Assembly: GCA_039024555.1 (NCBI GenBank)
Contig: JBCCQQ010000003.1
Location: forward strand, 140,615-204,614
Direction of reading: 5' to 3'
DNA: 64,000 nt
DNA from: Cyanobacteria bacterium P01_D01_bin.156
GTDB lineage: Bacteria > Cyanobacteriota > Cyanobacteriia > Phormidesmidales > Phormidesmidaceae
Part shown: piece after piece, positions 21,780 through 33,100 of the stretch
How positions within the stretch are numbered: position 1 is the stretch's first letter
Layout: every line of letters starts with the position of its first letter
The notes under the pieces: model-generated
What the model was told of the DNA's origin: nothing
Database searches by the model: none
What the model saw: only the letters and a program-made list of their open reading frames with translations
Program-made: the position numbers and the translations under genes

Positions 21780-23714
21780 CTAACGTCCAGGCAACATGGC
21801 CATTGGGTTGATCGTCCCCTGGTTTGGAATATGGACCTCAAAGTGTAAGTGAGGGCCTGTACTGTAGCCGGTACTACCCATATCTGCAATGTGTTGACCT
21901 TGTGAAACACGCTGACCAGGTCTCACAACAATTCGACTGTTATGAGCATAGCGCGTCATACTACCATCAGCATGACGAACTTCAACCAAGTTTCCATAGC
22001 CACCTGAATTCCAACCAGCACGCTCAACGACACCAGCAGCAGCAGAAACAATTGGAGTGCCGACCGGACCTGCTACATCGATACCTCGATGCATACGCCC
22101 CCAGCGCCACCCATAGCCAGAGGTCAAAGTACCACGAGTAGGCCAAATATAACCATTAAAGTAATCAGGGGCCTCCGGCAAATACTCATCAGCCGACGGC
22201 AAAATCGGCATCTCTGGAGAAACTACTTGCCCGGGGGCAGGTGCAGGAGACGAAACGTAAACACTAGGGTCCAGTGGCGCAGCAGCCAGTAAACCCTCTC
22301 TCTCTTCAGCACCTACAGCGTCCGAGTCAATACCTGGAAATTGAGGATTGACAACAGTAGGTTCAGGAACAGAAACCACTGACCTTAGAGCAACCGCATT
22401 CTCAGAGACAGATGGGCTCGATTCCTGAGCGGATACAACATCTGCCAGTAGATCAGCAGTGTACGGATCCTCAACGGCAGGCGTTCTAGATACAGAATGC
22501 TCATCACCTACAATTTCAGTTTCTGCGATTTGATCAAGAGAATTGATTCCTTGCTCATCCTTCAACCGTTGCAGGGTTGAAGAAGCATCGATTCGCCTAG
22601 CAGCCGTAGACTGCAATCGAGCTAAGCGGGTCCCATCAAAGCCACCAACACCAGAAACCGCAGCTAAATCGGCTCCAGAATCAAAATCAGCAGCAGTCTC
22701 TACAGGAACCGCTAAAGTATCACCTGCAACAATGAAATCAGGATCCTCAAGTTCGTTAGCCTCGGCAATTTCTTCAGGAGTTGTACCAAGGGTTAAGGCG
22801 ATATCCTCAACGGTATCCCCTGGACGAACCTCGTACCCTTCAAAAGAGTTCTCAGAAGCATCAGCTAAGGGCAACCCATTTCCGTCTAAAGAAACAGAAC
22901 TAGTTGCCAGTACCTCAGACGTAAGCGAAGAAACCTCCACTTCTTCAGAAGGCAACTGACTCTGAGAAGTTAGTTGCTGCAAATCTGCCTGCAAACCATC
23001 AGATTGAGATACGAGACCAGCAGAACGAAGAGAAACATCACCAGTCAACTCTTCAGTTGCGACAACTACTGGACCGTCAGCTAAATCAGAAGATTCAACT
23101 GCTTCAGAAACACTTAATACATTATTACTATCGGAATCCGGGAGGGTCGCTAGTAGACGCTCTAAGCTTGGCGCTTTACCTGGAACATCGGACCTATTCT
23201 GAGCACCAGGAAGCAATGAGACCACAGTTGGTCTCTCCACTTGTTCACCAGGGACCTTGATGACCTGCCCAACCTGAAGAGGCGTATCTGGTGAAATGCG
23301 ATTAGCTAGCTTAATGTCTTGAACTTCAACCCGATGATCTTGAGCAATCTGCCAAAGGCTATCACCCTGCTCGACGGTGTGATAAACCGTCAGTCCCTGA
23401 CTAGCAGAAGGTTGAGTCAGCTGACTACCCAACACAGAGGGCACTTGAGGTGTATCGCTTGAAGCTGCAGGATTTAAAATCACCGAGGATCCAACTGCTG
23501 CAGTTGCCTCACTATCAGTGAATACAACTCCAGACGCACCAAAAGAAAGCGCAAGTCCCAACATAGCAACAGATTTAGATCTGCCATTTTGTCCAGACGA
23601 AGCTTGCTCACTCACTGCCATCACGTCTGAAAAACATGAATGACTGATTTCAGACTTGGGCTCCTGAGAATTTTCTTGTTTCAAGGAATAACCTCCTAGG
23701 TGACCAGCGTTCAA
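21780..23714 (-). CDS. LysM-domain M23 peptidoglycan DD-metalloendopeptidase (NlpD-like); true start probably downstream
   Basis: Two LysM domains (HTVEQGDSLWQIA; YEVRPGDTVEDIA), HRGID, YAH, STGPHLHFE. Confidence 0.92.
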   Translation of the reverse strand: MNAGHLGGYSLKQENSQEPKSEISHSCFSDVMAVSEQASSGQNGRSKSVAMLGLALSFGASGVVFTDSEATAAVGSSVILNPAASSDTPQVPSVLGSQLTQPSASQGLTVYHTVEQGDSLWQIAQDHRVEVQDIKLANRISPDTPLQVGQVIKVPGEQVERPTVVSLLPGAQNRSDVPGKAPSLERLLATLPDSDSNNVLSVSEAVESSDLADGPVVVATEELTGDVSLRSAGLVSQSDGLQADLQQLTSQSQLPSEEVEVSSLTSEVLATSSVSLDGNGLPLADASENSFEGYEVRPGDTVEDIALTLGTTPEEIAEANELEDPDFIVAGDTLAVPVETAADFDSGADLAAVSGVGGFDGTRLARLQSTAARRIDASSTLQRLKDEQGINSLDQIAETEIVGDEHSVSRTPAVEDPYTADLLADVVSAQESSPSVSENAVALRSVVSVPEPTVVNPQFPGIDSDAVGAEEREGLLAAAPLDPSVYVSSPAPAPGQVVSPEMPILPSADEYLPEAPDYFNGYIWPTRGTLTSGYGWRWGRMHRGIDVAGPVGTPIVSAAAGVVERAGWNSGGYGNLVEVRHADGSMTRYAHNSRIVVRPGQRVSQGQHIADMGSTGYSTGPHLHFEVHIPNQGTINPMAMLPGR

Positions 23715-24464
23715 CTGTTGGAAACTAAATTGTCCCTATGCAGCTGACCGATCAAAGGTCATTAACTACAAGTTGAATCGAGTACAAAAGGCAGACACTA
23801 AGAAAAATATTTCCAATATGTAGCTACCTTTTACCCAACTTAGGCAAGTTTACACGACTTAATCAAAAGATCAATCCCGTACAAAACAAGTTCCATTGGA
23901 ATCCTAAGAATCCACATGAAATTGAATTTCGTATGGATTTTTATCTGAGAAATGGGTGAGGCCAGTTTTCCGGAATCCATTGAATCCTTTTGTAGCTGGA
24001 ACTTTCACCCTCTCAGTATCCACTTCAAGAGACCAACTATCCTTGCAAAATTATCAGTACCGTTCCTGGTAAGGACCTGGTCATAATAAAGACCTAAAAA
24101 GCTGGCTTGATTATATTTCCCAGTTATTTCGGAGATTTTAACGGGGAATTGCCCAATTGCCCCGCACCCGCTATAGAAAATTTTTATCGCAAAGGCGATA
24201 TTTTGGTAGCTTAAACAACTTTTTTAGGACGCAAACATCAGAATCAAGTTCGTACAAAACCCCACATCCCTTATTTTTCAGGCCCGCAGGTCTGGCAATG
24301 CAAAGCGCTGCTAGATGACCTCGAACTCAAGGACAGAGAATTCTTGAGTCTTGGCTACTCTATATATCTATAGGCTCATAGATATATAGTCTGATTTCCC
24401 AAAACTACAAGAGACCGTCACAGGGTTTCGACACTAGCTCAACAAATCAAAGCCCAAAATTCGC

Positions 24465-24926
24465 TTAAGCCAGATGTCCCAGCTGTCGAAGAGATTCGAA
24501 TAGGCCAATAGCAGCACTCACCGACAGATTAAGACTACGGACACTAGAGTGAGGCATGGGAATTTTAGCGGTGCGATCGCAGGTATCTAAAAACGATTGC
24601 GGCAAGCCCTGGCTTTCGCTACCAAACAATAACCAATCCTCTTCTTGATAGTCGATTTTTACATAGCTATATGAGCTTCTAGTAGTAAACCCTAGTAAAC
24701 GTCCACCAATCCGTTGCTGATGTTGGCAAAAACTGTCTAGGGAAGGATGTACCTGAAGATTGACGTGGGGCCAATAATCGAGACCCGCTCTCTTGAGATA
24801 ACGATCGCTCAGTTCAAAGCCCAGCGGTTCTACCAGATGTAGCTCTGTATTCGTAGCTGCACAGGTACGAGCAATATTGCCTGTATTGGGGGGAATTTCT
24901 GGGTTGACAAGAACTATTTTGGGCAT
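24465..24926 (-). CDS. trmL: tRNA (cytidine/uridine-34 2'-O)-methyltransferase
   Basis: PEIPPNTGNIARTC, RAGLDYW, FGSESQGLP, RSLNLS. Confidence 0.93.
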   Translation of the reverse strand: MPKIVLVNPEIPPNTGNIARTCAATNTELHLVEPLGFELSDRYLKRAGLDYWPHVNLQVHPSLDSFCQHQQRIGGRLLGFTTRSSYSYVKIDYQEEDWLLFGSESQGLPQSFLDTCDRTAKIPMPHSSVRSLNLSVSAAIGLFESLRQLGHLA

Positions 24927-25143
24927 TGATATTGTGCAAAAAACGCTAACTCTTTCCTATCAGACCTCTATTTTGCGTTTTTCAGGACCAATTTACGCAT
25001 TTTTATATAGGAGTTTCTAATCAATCACACTAGATTGAGATTCATTTCCCGTTTTATGTTGTCCTGACGTTAGAAAATGCCGGTATTTTATGCTGTCGGC
25101 TCCATCCCAGCAGGTATGGCGAAGTATCCAAATCACGCCTGAC

Positions 25144-26292
25144 CTAGGCAGGCTGACACAAATCGCTCTGTAATGCTTGCTCTTGAAGTTCCATGATCTG
25201 AATGGTCTGGGAGATCGCAGTAGGAACATCCACACCAGACTCAACCTGTTTTAACCAATTCTGCGCTTGATTACCTTCCCGTAAAATTTGCTGAATCGGT
25301 GTCAAAAAGCAAGCTATGCCATGGGCTTTCGCCATAGGCATCACTTCTTGATAGAGCTGTGCTATCCAATCCGCTGCATTGATTGAGCTGCCATCGTACC
25401 AATGACGTAGCTGAGCATTGAGACTATCCTTGGCTACAGAACGCTCATTGTCCTCAATGATTTCTAACAAATCATCATGGCGACTACTGGCAGAAAATTG
25501 GCTCGCAACCAGAGGATCTAAGGCAGGGTTTTGCTGAAGCTGTAGAATACGAGCTTCAAGCAACGCTGTAATTGCCAGCAGGTGAATTGGATCTGTTACC
25601 AAGTCTGAAATTCTGACTTCAATCCGATTGAGCTTGTAGGGTCGACAATCTCCATTGGGACGCACAGAACTCCACAGATGGCGAACATTTTGCATAGTAC
25701 CCAGCTTTAATTGAGCTGCAGTCCAATCGATAAAGTGCTGATGACTGTCAAACAAAGGGACGTGGACTGGAGTTTGAGGAAATAAATGCCAACGAGTGGA
25801 GTGATAGCCAGTGATTTGATTATCTAGAAATGGAGAAGATGCACTGAGCGCCAAAATCAGGGGAGCTTCGGCCCTCACTAAACGGCAGGCGCGCATCAAC
25901 ATTTCTGGATCGGCAATGCCAAGATTAATGTGGATACTAGCTGTAACTACATCAGTGCCATAGGTATTTTCAATGTAGGCATGATAAGGATTTTGGGGGT
26001 CAGAGCGATAGAAAATCTGACTATTGCCTGTGGAGAGTGTGCTTCCAGGGATAATGGTATAGCTTGGATTCAGCTCTTTAAGAAAGCGTCTTAGACGACG
26101 ACGAGGAGAAACTAATTCGCAGAGAAGTTGCTCATAGTGCTGGAGCGGCGGTGTCGTGTATTCTACGTTGCGACTATCTGGCTCACGCACAAACCCACTG
26201 AGTGATTTGGCAATTCTGTCGGATAGACCAATGATTTCACCATTGGTCTGGCCAGTGTACATTTCAACTTCAAAACCTTTTGACAACAGCAC
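25144..26292 (-). CDS. gshA: Glutamate-cysteine ligase, cyanobacterial type
   Basis: KGFEVEMYTG, EPDSRNVEYTT, ASIHIN, ALSASSPF, HLWSSVRPNG. Confidence 0.92.
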   Translation of the reverse strand: MLLSKGFEVEMYTGQTNGEIIGLSDRIAKSLSGFVREPDSRNVEYTTPPLQHYEQLLCELVSPRRRLRRFLKELNPSYTIIPGSTLSTGNSQIFYRSDPQNPYHAYIENTYGTDVVTASIHINLGIADPEMLMRACRLVRAEAPLILALSASSPFLDNQITGYHSTRWHLFPQTPVHVPLFDSHQHFIDWTAAQLKLGTMQNVRHLWSSVRPNGDCRPYKLNRIEVRISDLVTDPIHLLAITALLEARILQLQQNPALDPLVASQFSASSRHDDLLEIIEDNERSVAKDSLNAQLRHWYDGSSINAADWIAQLYQEVMPMAKAHGIACFLTPIQQILREGNQAQNWLKQVESGVDVPTAISQTIQIMELQEQALQSDLCQPA

Positions 26293-26902
26293 AGTGTTAC
26301 TCCGGGGTGGTTAATTCGCTGGGGTAGCCGGATATATAGCGAGGCGCCCATAGTTCAAGCCATAGATAATCACTACAAGCTTTAGATAGCAACAGCTATA
26401 TGCAGTACCAACCGATAAATGTGTTCATCAGTTGGCTATCCCTGTCCATCTTAAAGGTTGGGACAGAGTCTGGAACTGTAGCTTTTGGTAGAACAAGGCT
26501 GCCAAGCCAACGTCAACATTCACAGCCCCATGACATAGGACTATGGCTTAGCCGACGTCTATATATATGTAGTTAAAATGAAAGCCTCTAAAACCGTCCG
26601 TTGTTTTAGACGTTGTGTGGATAAACTTCCGGTGGGATGGGCACTCTACGAACAAGCAATCTGTCTGAAGAGCTTGAAAGGTATAGCGCTAAAATCGTAG
26701 AGCACAAGCATATCCCTGCCCATTGTGTCCCTGGTATTGAACTACTAGCCCATAGCGCTATGACTATTTGATAGCAAAAGCACTCTATCCTTAGCCAAGA
26801 CTAATGTTTGGGCTAAGGATGTCATTATTGCGTATGGATAGGTTAAGCTACTAGGAATACATACCTAGTTAATCACTAGCTGTCTTGTAGGTTTAGTTAA
26901 CA

Positions 26903-27475
26903 GTGAATCAGGACGCTTTATCGCTTACTCCCAATTCAGCCTTAGATAGCGAGTCGGTTATTCAACTGGACAGTACTTGTTGTCAAAAGGTGAGTATTCA
27001 AACTCAGAAGTTGGCACCTCGTCAGCGGCAGATTACTGCAACGGTGGCTATTCCTTGCTCTTTGGAGCAGGTTTGGCAGATTTTGACGGATTACGAACGT
27101 TTGTCAGAGTTTGTGCCCAACTTAACCACAAGTCGTTTACTCAGTCATCCTGATGATGGTATTCGTTTAGAGCAAATCGGTGCCCAATGTTTTTTGAATT
27201 TCAAGTTTTGCGCTCGGGTCATTTTAGATATGACTGAGAGCTTTCCACGGGAACTTGGATTTTCCATGGTGGAAGGAGATTTTAAGAAATTTATGGGCAA
27301 ATGGTCTTTACAGCCAGCGATTTTAGGTGAACAGGCTGCAACGGTATTATCTTATGAGCTAGTGGTACAACCGCCTCTAGCAATGCCAGTACAGCTTATT
27401 GAGCGCCATATTTGTCATAATCTCACTCAAAATTTGTTGGCAATCTGCGATCGCACCACCGAACAATTTGCCTAA
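26903..27475 (+). CDS. SRPBCC/polyketide-cyclase (START) family protein
   Basis: VWQILTDYE.L.EFVPNL, RLEQIG, F.MVEGDFK.F.GKW. Confidence 0.88.
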   Translation: MNQDALSLTPNSALDSESVIQLDSTCCQKVSIQTQKLAPRQRQITATVAIPCSLEQVWQILTDYERLSEFVPNLTTSRLLSHPDDGIRLEQIGAQCFLNFKFCARVILDMTESFPRELGFSMVEGDFKKFMGKWSLQPAILGEQAATVLSYELVVQPPLAMPVQLIERHICHNLTQNLLAICDRTTEQFA

Positions 27476-27525
27476 GCTCTGAGTTTTTGGAAGGGTGCTC
27501 CACATCAGTCTATCTTAACTCCCTT

Positions 27526-28269
27526 CTATGTTTTGGGTGCTAGGCTGCACCCCCACCGGTTGATTTTAGACTGGGCCATTTTACGTTCTTGTTGATCTTG
27601 TTCAGGATCTAATTTTTGCAGTTTACCGGACATACTGTAGAAAATAAGGCCGAATAACTCCCGAAAGCTAGAACGTAATTGTCCGGTAAATAAGGGTGAC
27701 TGAATTGGATAAGGAACGACATCAAATCCCATTCCACGAAAAGTTAGGGTTGCTCTGGCAATGTGAGCATCATCGGTCACCAATAATATTTTTTTAATTC
27801 CTTGGGTTGACAATAAAATTTCGGAAAATAACGCATTTTCCCACGTGGATTGGGAGCACCGCTCACCACTAATATGCTGGGCAGGAATACCCATATCTTT
27901 GCCTAACTTGATAATCACTGGTGCATCTGTCATACCGCTAACAAATACCTGTGGTGCACGGCCTGCTTGCCAAAGTTCTGTAGCAACTAACGTGCGATCT
28001 ACGTTTTTTTTAGGTCCCCGTCCCAAAATAACAATGGCGTCTGCAGAATCACCAGTATTGGATAAAGTAACAGTTAATTTCAATGCTTGATTGATTATGA
28101 TGGGAGATATGCCCAGTATTATCAAAAAGCTAGCTATCCACCCGAAAATAGCGCTGCGCTCTTTTGTTTGAAAAGTACGTTGACATGTTAGACAGTAGCA
28201 AGACTGAGGATTTTTAGTCCTAGGGCCATGACGCTTGATTGACGGGCTGTTGCAGTGTGGGCATCGCAT
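27526..28269 (-). CDS. YdcF/DUF218 family protein with N-terminal zinc ribbon and TM helix
   Basis: CPHC...CLTC N-terminus, TM, DAIVILGRG, VSG, ERCSQSTWENA, LVTDDAHIARA. Confidence 0.85.
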   Translation of the reverse strand: MRCPHCNSPSIKRHGPRTKNPQSCYCLTCQRTFQTKERSAIFGWIASFLIILGISPIIINQALKLTVTLSNTGDSADAIVILGRGPKKNVDRTLVATELWQAGRAPQVFVSGMTDAPVIIKLGKDMGIPAQHISGERCSQSTWENALFSEILLSTQGIKKILLVTDDAHIARATLTFRGMGFDVVPYPIQSPLFTGQLRSSFRELFGLIFYSMSGKLQKLDPEQDQQERKMAQSKINRWGCSLAPKT

Positions 28270-28469
28270 AGTCTGATTACTGAGGCGGTGCTACAAAGTC
28301 ACTCATGATGAGTATTAATTCACTTAAGGTATAGCCTATCAAAAAGTTATAGTTTCTAACAGGCTTTGGCGACTTTTTGCAGTATTTCTAAGAGAATTCA
28401 AAGGTAATGTGCAATTTTAATTGGATTTCTTGACGTAAGAATATTTTGAAGCGGATCTCAAGAGCATTT

Positions 28470-29780
28470 TTATTGGTAAATGAATACTCTTTTAGCTGCT
28501 CTTGTAAAGGCAACGTAGCATAGTTGGTTTCGTTCAATCACCTTAGAGTTTCTCGTCAAATCGGGCAGATCAATAAATACATCCTGAAACGTAGAGCCTT
28601 GGCTTTTATGAACAGTCAAGCTGTAGGCATAGTTAACATCATGAAACTGTTGTCGGAACTCCCAAAAGATCTCCCATTGTTTATTGCTTGCATAGTCCCG
28701 TGAGCGTCTTTCATAGTCAGGCACACTCACTTCTTGCAAAACATTTAAATCCTGAAATTTTCCCTCTTCCGTATAGACAACTAACTGCCACACAGGTAAC
28801 CCTTCAATTTTCCCAGGTTTAATTTCCAACACTTCACACTCTTCTGAAGTCTGTAAAATAATAGAACCCTCTTCTAAACAGGGATTGTTAGCAATCAACC
28901 TTTCGCCAATAACAAATTGTTCTAAGTCTTCTCCATAAATGGCACGGCGAATCACTCGATTGAGAGTTTTAACTCGCTGATTGGTATAGGCTAAGACCCT
29001 GACATAGTTAGGGTCAGCCTTATATTTTTCACAGGTAAATGCACGAACGAGAACATCACGCCAGCCATCCTTAGGTAGAACAAAAAAGCCTTCTGTACGA
29101 TCTTCACTCATATCACTTTCATATCTAGGTAGTTGTTGCCTCTCGATATTGCGACGGATATCGTCTGCAATCACTCCAATCGCTCCACCATAGCGAATCA
29201 CCTGGGATAGGGAAGACTGATGCATAATCTGACCAAAACAGCAGGATTCTGTTTCGTTAACCGGTGGCAGTTGGGCTGGATCGCCAACAAACAACATTTG
29301 AGTAGGAATATCCAGCCGAGAAATAGCTTCCACCAGAAGCTTCCACATTTCTTGGTTGATCATTGAACATTCATCAACAATCACTAAGCGATAGTCAGGT
29401 ACCTGGTTATGCTGATCGCTGACAGATTTAAAGATTTGCTCGCCACTACCAGTATCGATCACCGGCTTAAGACCCAGTAAACGGCAACAGGTAACGGACT
29501 CTACATCCTTAATATTCCACTGGGCAGACATGGTTTTGAGCACCTTGGTTGCCTTGTTACTAAAGGCTGTTAGCACAATGGGCCAGTCACAACCTTGATC
29601 CCGCAGGTAGGTGACTAATGCCTGCAGCAGCGTGGTTTTGCCAGTACCTGCATAGCCAGTGAGTAAATATAGCTTAGATGGAGTTTGTAAAAATTCAACA
29701 ATAGCCTGCAGTGCCTCCCACTGCTCTGTACTGAGTTCAATCCCTGGCAGTATTTCTGGAATCGTGGCCGTGCTATCCAT
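28470..29780 (-). CDS. SF1B DNA helicase, Dda/RecD-like, without RecD2 N-terminal domains
   Basis: GYAGTGKT, AFSNKA, VDECSM, GDPAQLPPV, YSLTVHKSQGSTF, YVAFTRA. Confidence 0.9.
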   Translation of the reverse strand: MDSTATIPEILPGIELSTEQWEALQAIVEFLQTPSKLYLLTGYAGTGKTTLLQALVTYLRDQGCDWPIVLTAFSNKATKVLKTMSAQWNIKDVESVTCCRLLGLKPVIDTGSGEQIFKSVSDQHNQVPDYRLVIVDECSMINQEMWKLLVEAISRLDIPTQMLFVGDPAQLPPVNETESCCFGQIMHQSSLSQVIRYGGAIGVIADDIRRNIERQQLPRYESDMSEDRTEGFFVLPKDGWRDVLVRAFTCEKYKADPNYVRVLAYTNQRVKTLNRVIRRAIYGEDLEQFVIGERLIANNPCLEEGSIILQTSEECEVLEIKPGKIEGLPVWQLVVYTEEGKFQDLNVLQEVSVPDYERRSRDYASNKQWEIFWEFRQQFHDVNYAYSLTVHKSQGSTFQDVFIDLPDLTRNSKVIERNQLCYVAFTRAAKRVFIYQ

Positions 29781-30144
29781 CCGAACGAGGCATCAGGGGG
29801 TACGCTTTCTATCATATCTAAGGCCGTTGAATTAATACAAGTGAACTAAAGAGTTATATTGGTTTAGTTCATTTATCCTAAGGCTGAGTTTTGCCAGACC
29901 ACGAACCCTGGCAGACCTACAGCATGGATAGTCACTCCCCATAGAGTCATGCCGACTTTACAGTGGCGTAAGCAATAGCATAGGCAAAGCCGAAAAAATT
30001 AAAAACGCCTTGCCATTCTCGGCATGATTACGTGCCTATTTCTCCGCAAATTTTTGTACGAGACTGTAAAAAAACCGATGTCTACATAAAAGCAATTTAA
30101 TTATATTGGCGGAATCAAGGGGTCGCATATCAACATCTAAATGA

Positions 30145-33100
30145 ATGAATACCTTCCAAGATGCATTCATCTCCTATGGGCGAACTGATAGTAAAGCATT
30201 TGCACTTCAGCTCTATGAACGTCTAACTGATAAAGGTTTAAGCGTATGGTTTGATTTTGAAAATATCCCCCTTGGTGTAGATTTTCAAAATCAGATTGAC
30301 GATGGCATTGAAAAGGCAGATAACTTTTTATTTGTTATTGCCCCACACTCTGTTAATTCTCCTTACTGCCTGAAAGAAATTCAGCTCGCCCTAAAGCGTA
30401 ATAAGCGAATTATTCCACTGCTACATGTAGAGCAAATAAATCATGAAACCTGGCAACAGCGAAATCCTCAGGGAACTGATGACGAGTGGGAAGCTTATCA
30501 GGAAGAAGGGTTACATTCTAGCTTTACTAACATACACCCAGAGATTGGTAAGAGCAATTGGGTTTATTTTCGCGAAGGTATTGACGATTTTGAGCAGGCT
30601 TTCGAGGGTCTACTAGAACTACTCAAACGTCATCAAGGGTATGTCCGTCAACATACGACACTATTGGCCCAGGCTCTAGAGTGGCAAGGCTATCAACAAC
30701 AGTCATCTTATTTACTGACCGGGAATACCTGCCAACAAGCCAAAGACTGGTTACAGGCTCGGTTTAAGGAAGATCAGCCCCCCTGCCATCCAACGGATTT
30801 ACATTGCGAGTACATCACCGAGAGTCTCAAACAGGCAGATAACGCCATGACTCAGGTCTTTTTGGCCTACACTCATGAAGACAAAAACGTGATGGAGAAA
30901 ATCCGGAACAGCTTACGACGAGAAGGATTTACAGTTTGGACAAATACTAGTGACATCAAAACAGGAGAAGCCTTTGAAAAGGCTATTCAACGAGGTGTTG
31001 AACAAGCTGACAATGTACTCTATTTACTCTCGCCTGATGCTATACAGTCTAAATATTGCCAGCATGAAATCAACTATGCATCTGCTTTTAACAAACGTAT
31101 TATTCCAGTATTAGTCAGCCCGACCCCAACAGAAGATATACCTGATAACCTACGGCAACTGCAGTACATTGATCTCACGGACAATCTCAAAGACGAAGAT
31201 TACACGTTAGATGAAAGTCAGTTAATCCGCATTTTACTGCATAAGGCAAATTACTATAGCCAACATAAAACCTTATTAGTCAAAGCTCTCAAATGGCAAC
31301 AGCAGCAAAATAACCTCAGCATATTACTTCGAGGGTATTCTCTACACCAAGCCCAAGACTGGTGGCAATCTGCAAAGAAACATTCTCAACATCCTGCAAT
31401 ATCAGTTCAATCAGACTTTATTGAGGCAAGTTTAGAGAAAGCTCCTCTAAACTCGTTAGATGTCTTTATTGCCTATACGCCTACGGACACTGACTTAGCA
31501 TACCAGCTCAATGATGAGCTACAGACTCAGGGTAAAACCACTTGGTTTGAACAGCATGTAATACCCTCAGATGTTGATATTCAAGAGGCGATTCGACAAG
31601 GAATCGAAATATCTGACAATATTCTCTTTTTACTATCGTCCGAATTTTCAGAACAGCAGGAATTACAGGTCGCTGTAGCGCATGCGGTCTCTCTTAATAA
31701 ACGAATTGTCACGATTCAGCGTAAATCACTAGCTCAGATGACAGAGCTGCATCCAGCCTTGGCTAATGCCGATAGCTTAGTGGTCGATGATAGGGATTTT
31801 GGAGAATCCTTTAGTCAGCTGATTCGTCTGCTGGATATGGATCGTGAACATGTACATGATCATACAAAATGGTTAAGACGGGCATTAGACTGGCAGGAGA
31901 AACAAAAAAGTACAGATTTATTGCTCCGTGGTAATGAGTTTGCAGTAGCTCAGGCATGGTTAATCGAGGCTCAAGACCAGAACAAGCGGCCTACAGCTAC
32001 TGATCTTCAGAAAGACTATATTGCCCAGAGTGAAGCTGCGATCGCAGCCGAAGCACAGCAAGAGAAGCAACGTGTCTTAATGCTGAAATCATTGCTAGGA
32101 GTCGTGTCCATTGCGCTAGTATTTGCCATCGGTGCTAGTTTTATTGCTTACGGAGAGTCTAAAAAAGCGCAGAAAGCCAACTTGCTAGCGCTCGGAGGAA
32201 AATCAGAGGCATTATTCTCATCAAACCAAGTTTTTGAATCACTGTTAGAGAGTATTGGTGCAGCTGGTAAGTTAAAGTCCAAGCGTTTTCTAAGAAATGA
32301 CCCTGGTGTAAACGCTAAGATTGCCACATCCTTAGCTAATGCTCTCTATTGGGTGAAGGAGAAAAATGAGCTAGAGGGACATAGAGGCGGCATTCGCAGT
32401 GTCAAGTTTAGCCCTGATGGAAACTTCCTGATTACCGCCAGCAATGATAATACCCTTAAGCTGTGGGAAAAGAATGGCAGACTTCGCTTTACCTTGGATA
32501 GCCATCAAGGTCAGGTAAGAGATGCTGCGTTCAGCCCAGATGGGCAATTAATTGCATCAGCCAGTAGCGATAAGACCGTTAAGCTATGGCGGCAGGATGG
32601 CGTCGTCCTCAGGACACTAAAAGGACATAACAGTATTGTTTATGGTTTAAGCTTTAGCCCCGACAGTCGCATCATCGCGACAGCGGGTGGAGATCAAACT
32701 GTTAAAGTATGGAACACTCAAACAGGAGATTTAATTAGCACATTAGAAGGTCATCTAGAGCGCGTCAGAGCTGTTGAATTTAGTCCTGACGGCAAGCAGA
32801 TAGCATCAACAAGTAGCGATCGCACCATCAAAATTTGGCACCTAGATGGTACTGAAGTTGCTAGTTTTTCTGGGCATACAGCTGACATAGAAGCCCTTGC
32901 CTGGAGTCCCCATGGAAAGTGGATAGTATCTGCTAGCGAAGACGCCACCATTAAGCTATGGAGTCCTGATGGTCAGGAACTAGCTACATTTGAAGACCAC
33001 CAGGCCGGTGTAGAAGACATCGCCTTTAGTCCCAATGGCCAGTTAATTGCCTCCGCTGGTGATGACAGCACAGTACGATTATGGCGACCAGATGGAACAT

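Noticed and set aside
26616..26624. oriC
   Set aside because: Single DnaA box, no cluster, no dnaA/dnaN nearby
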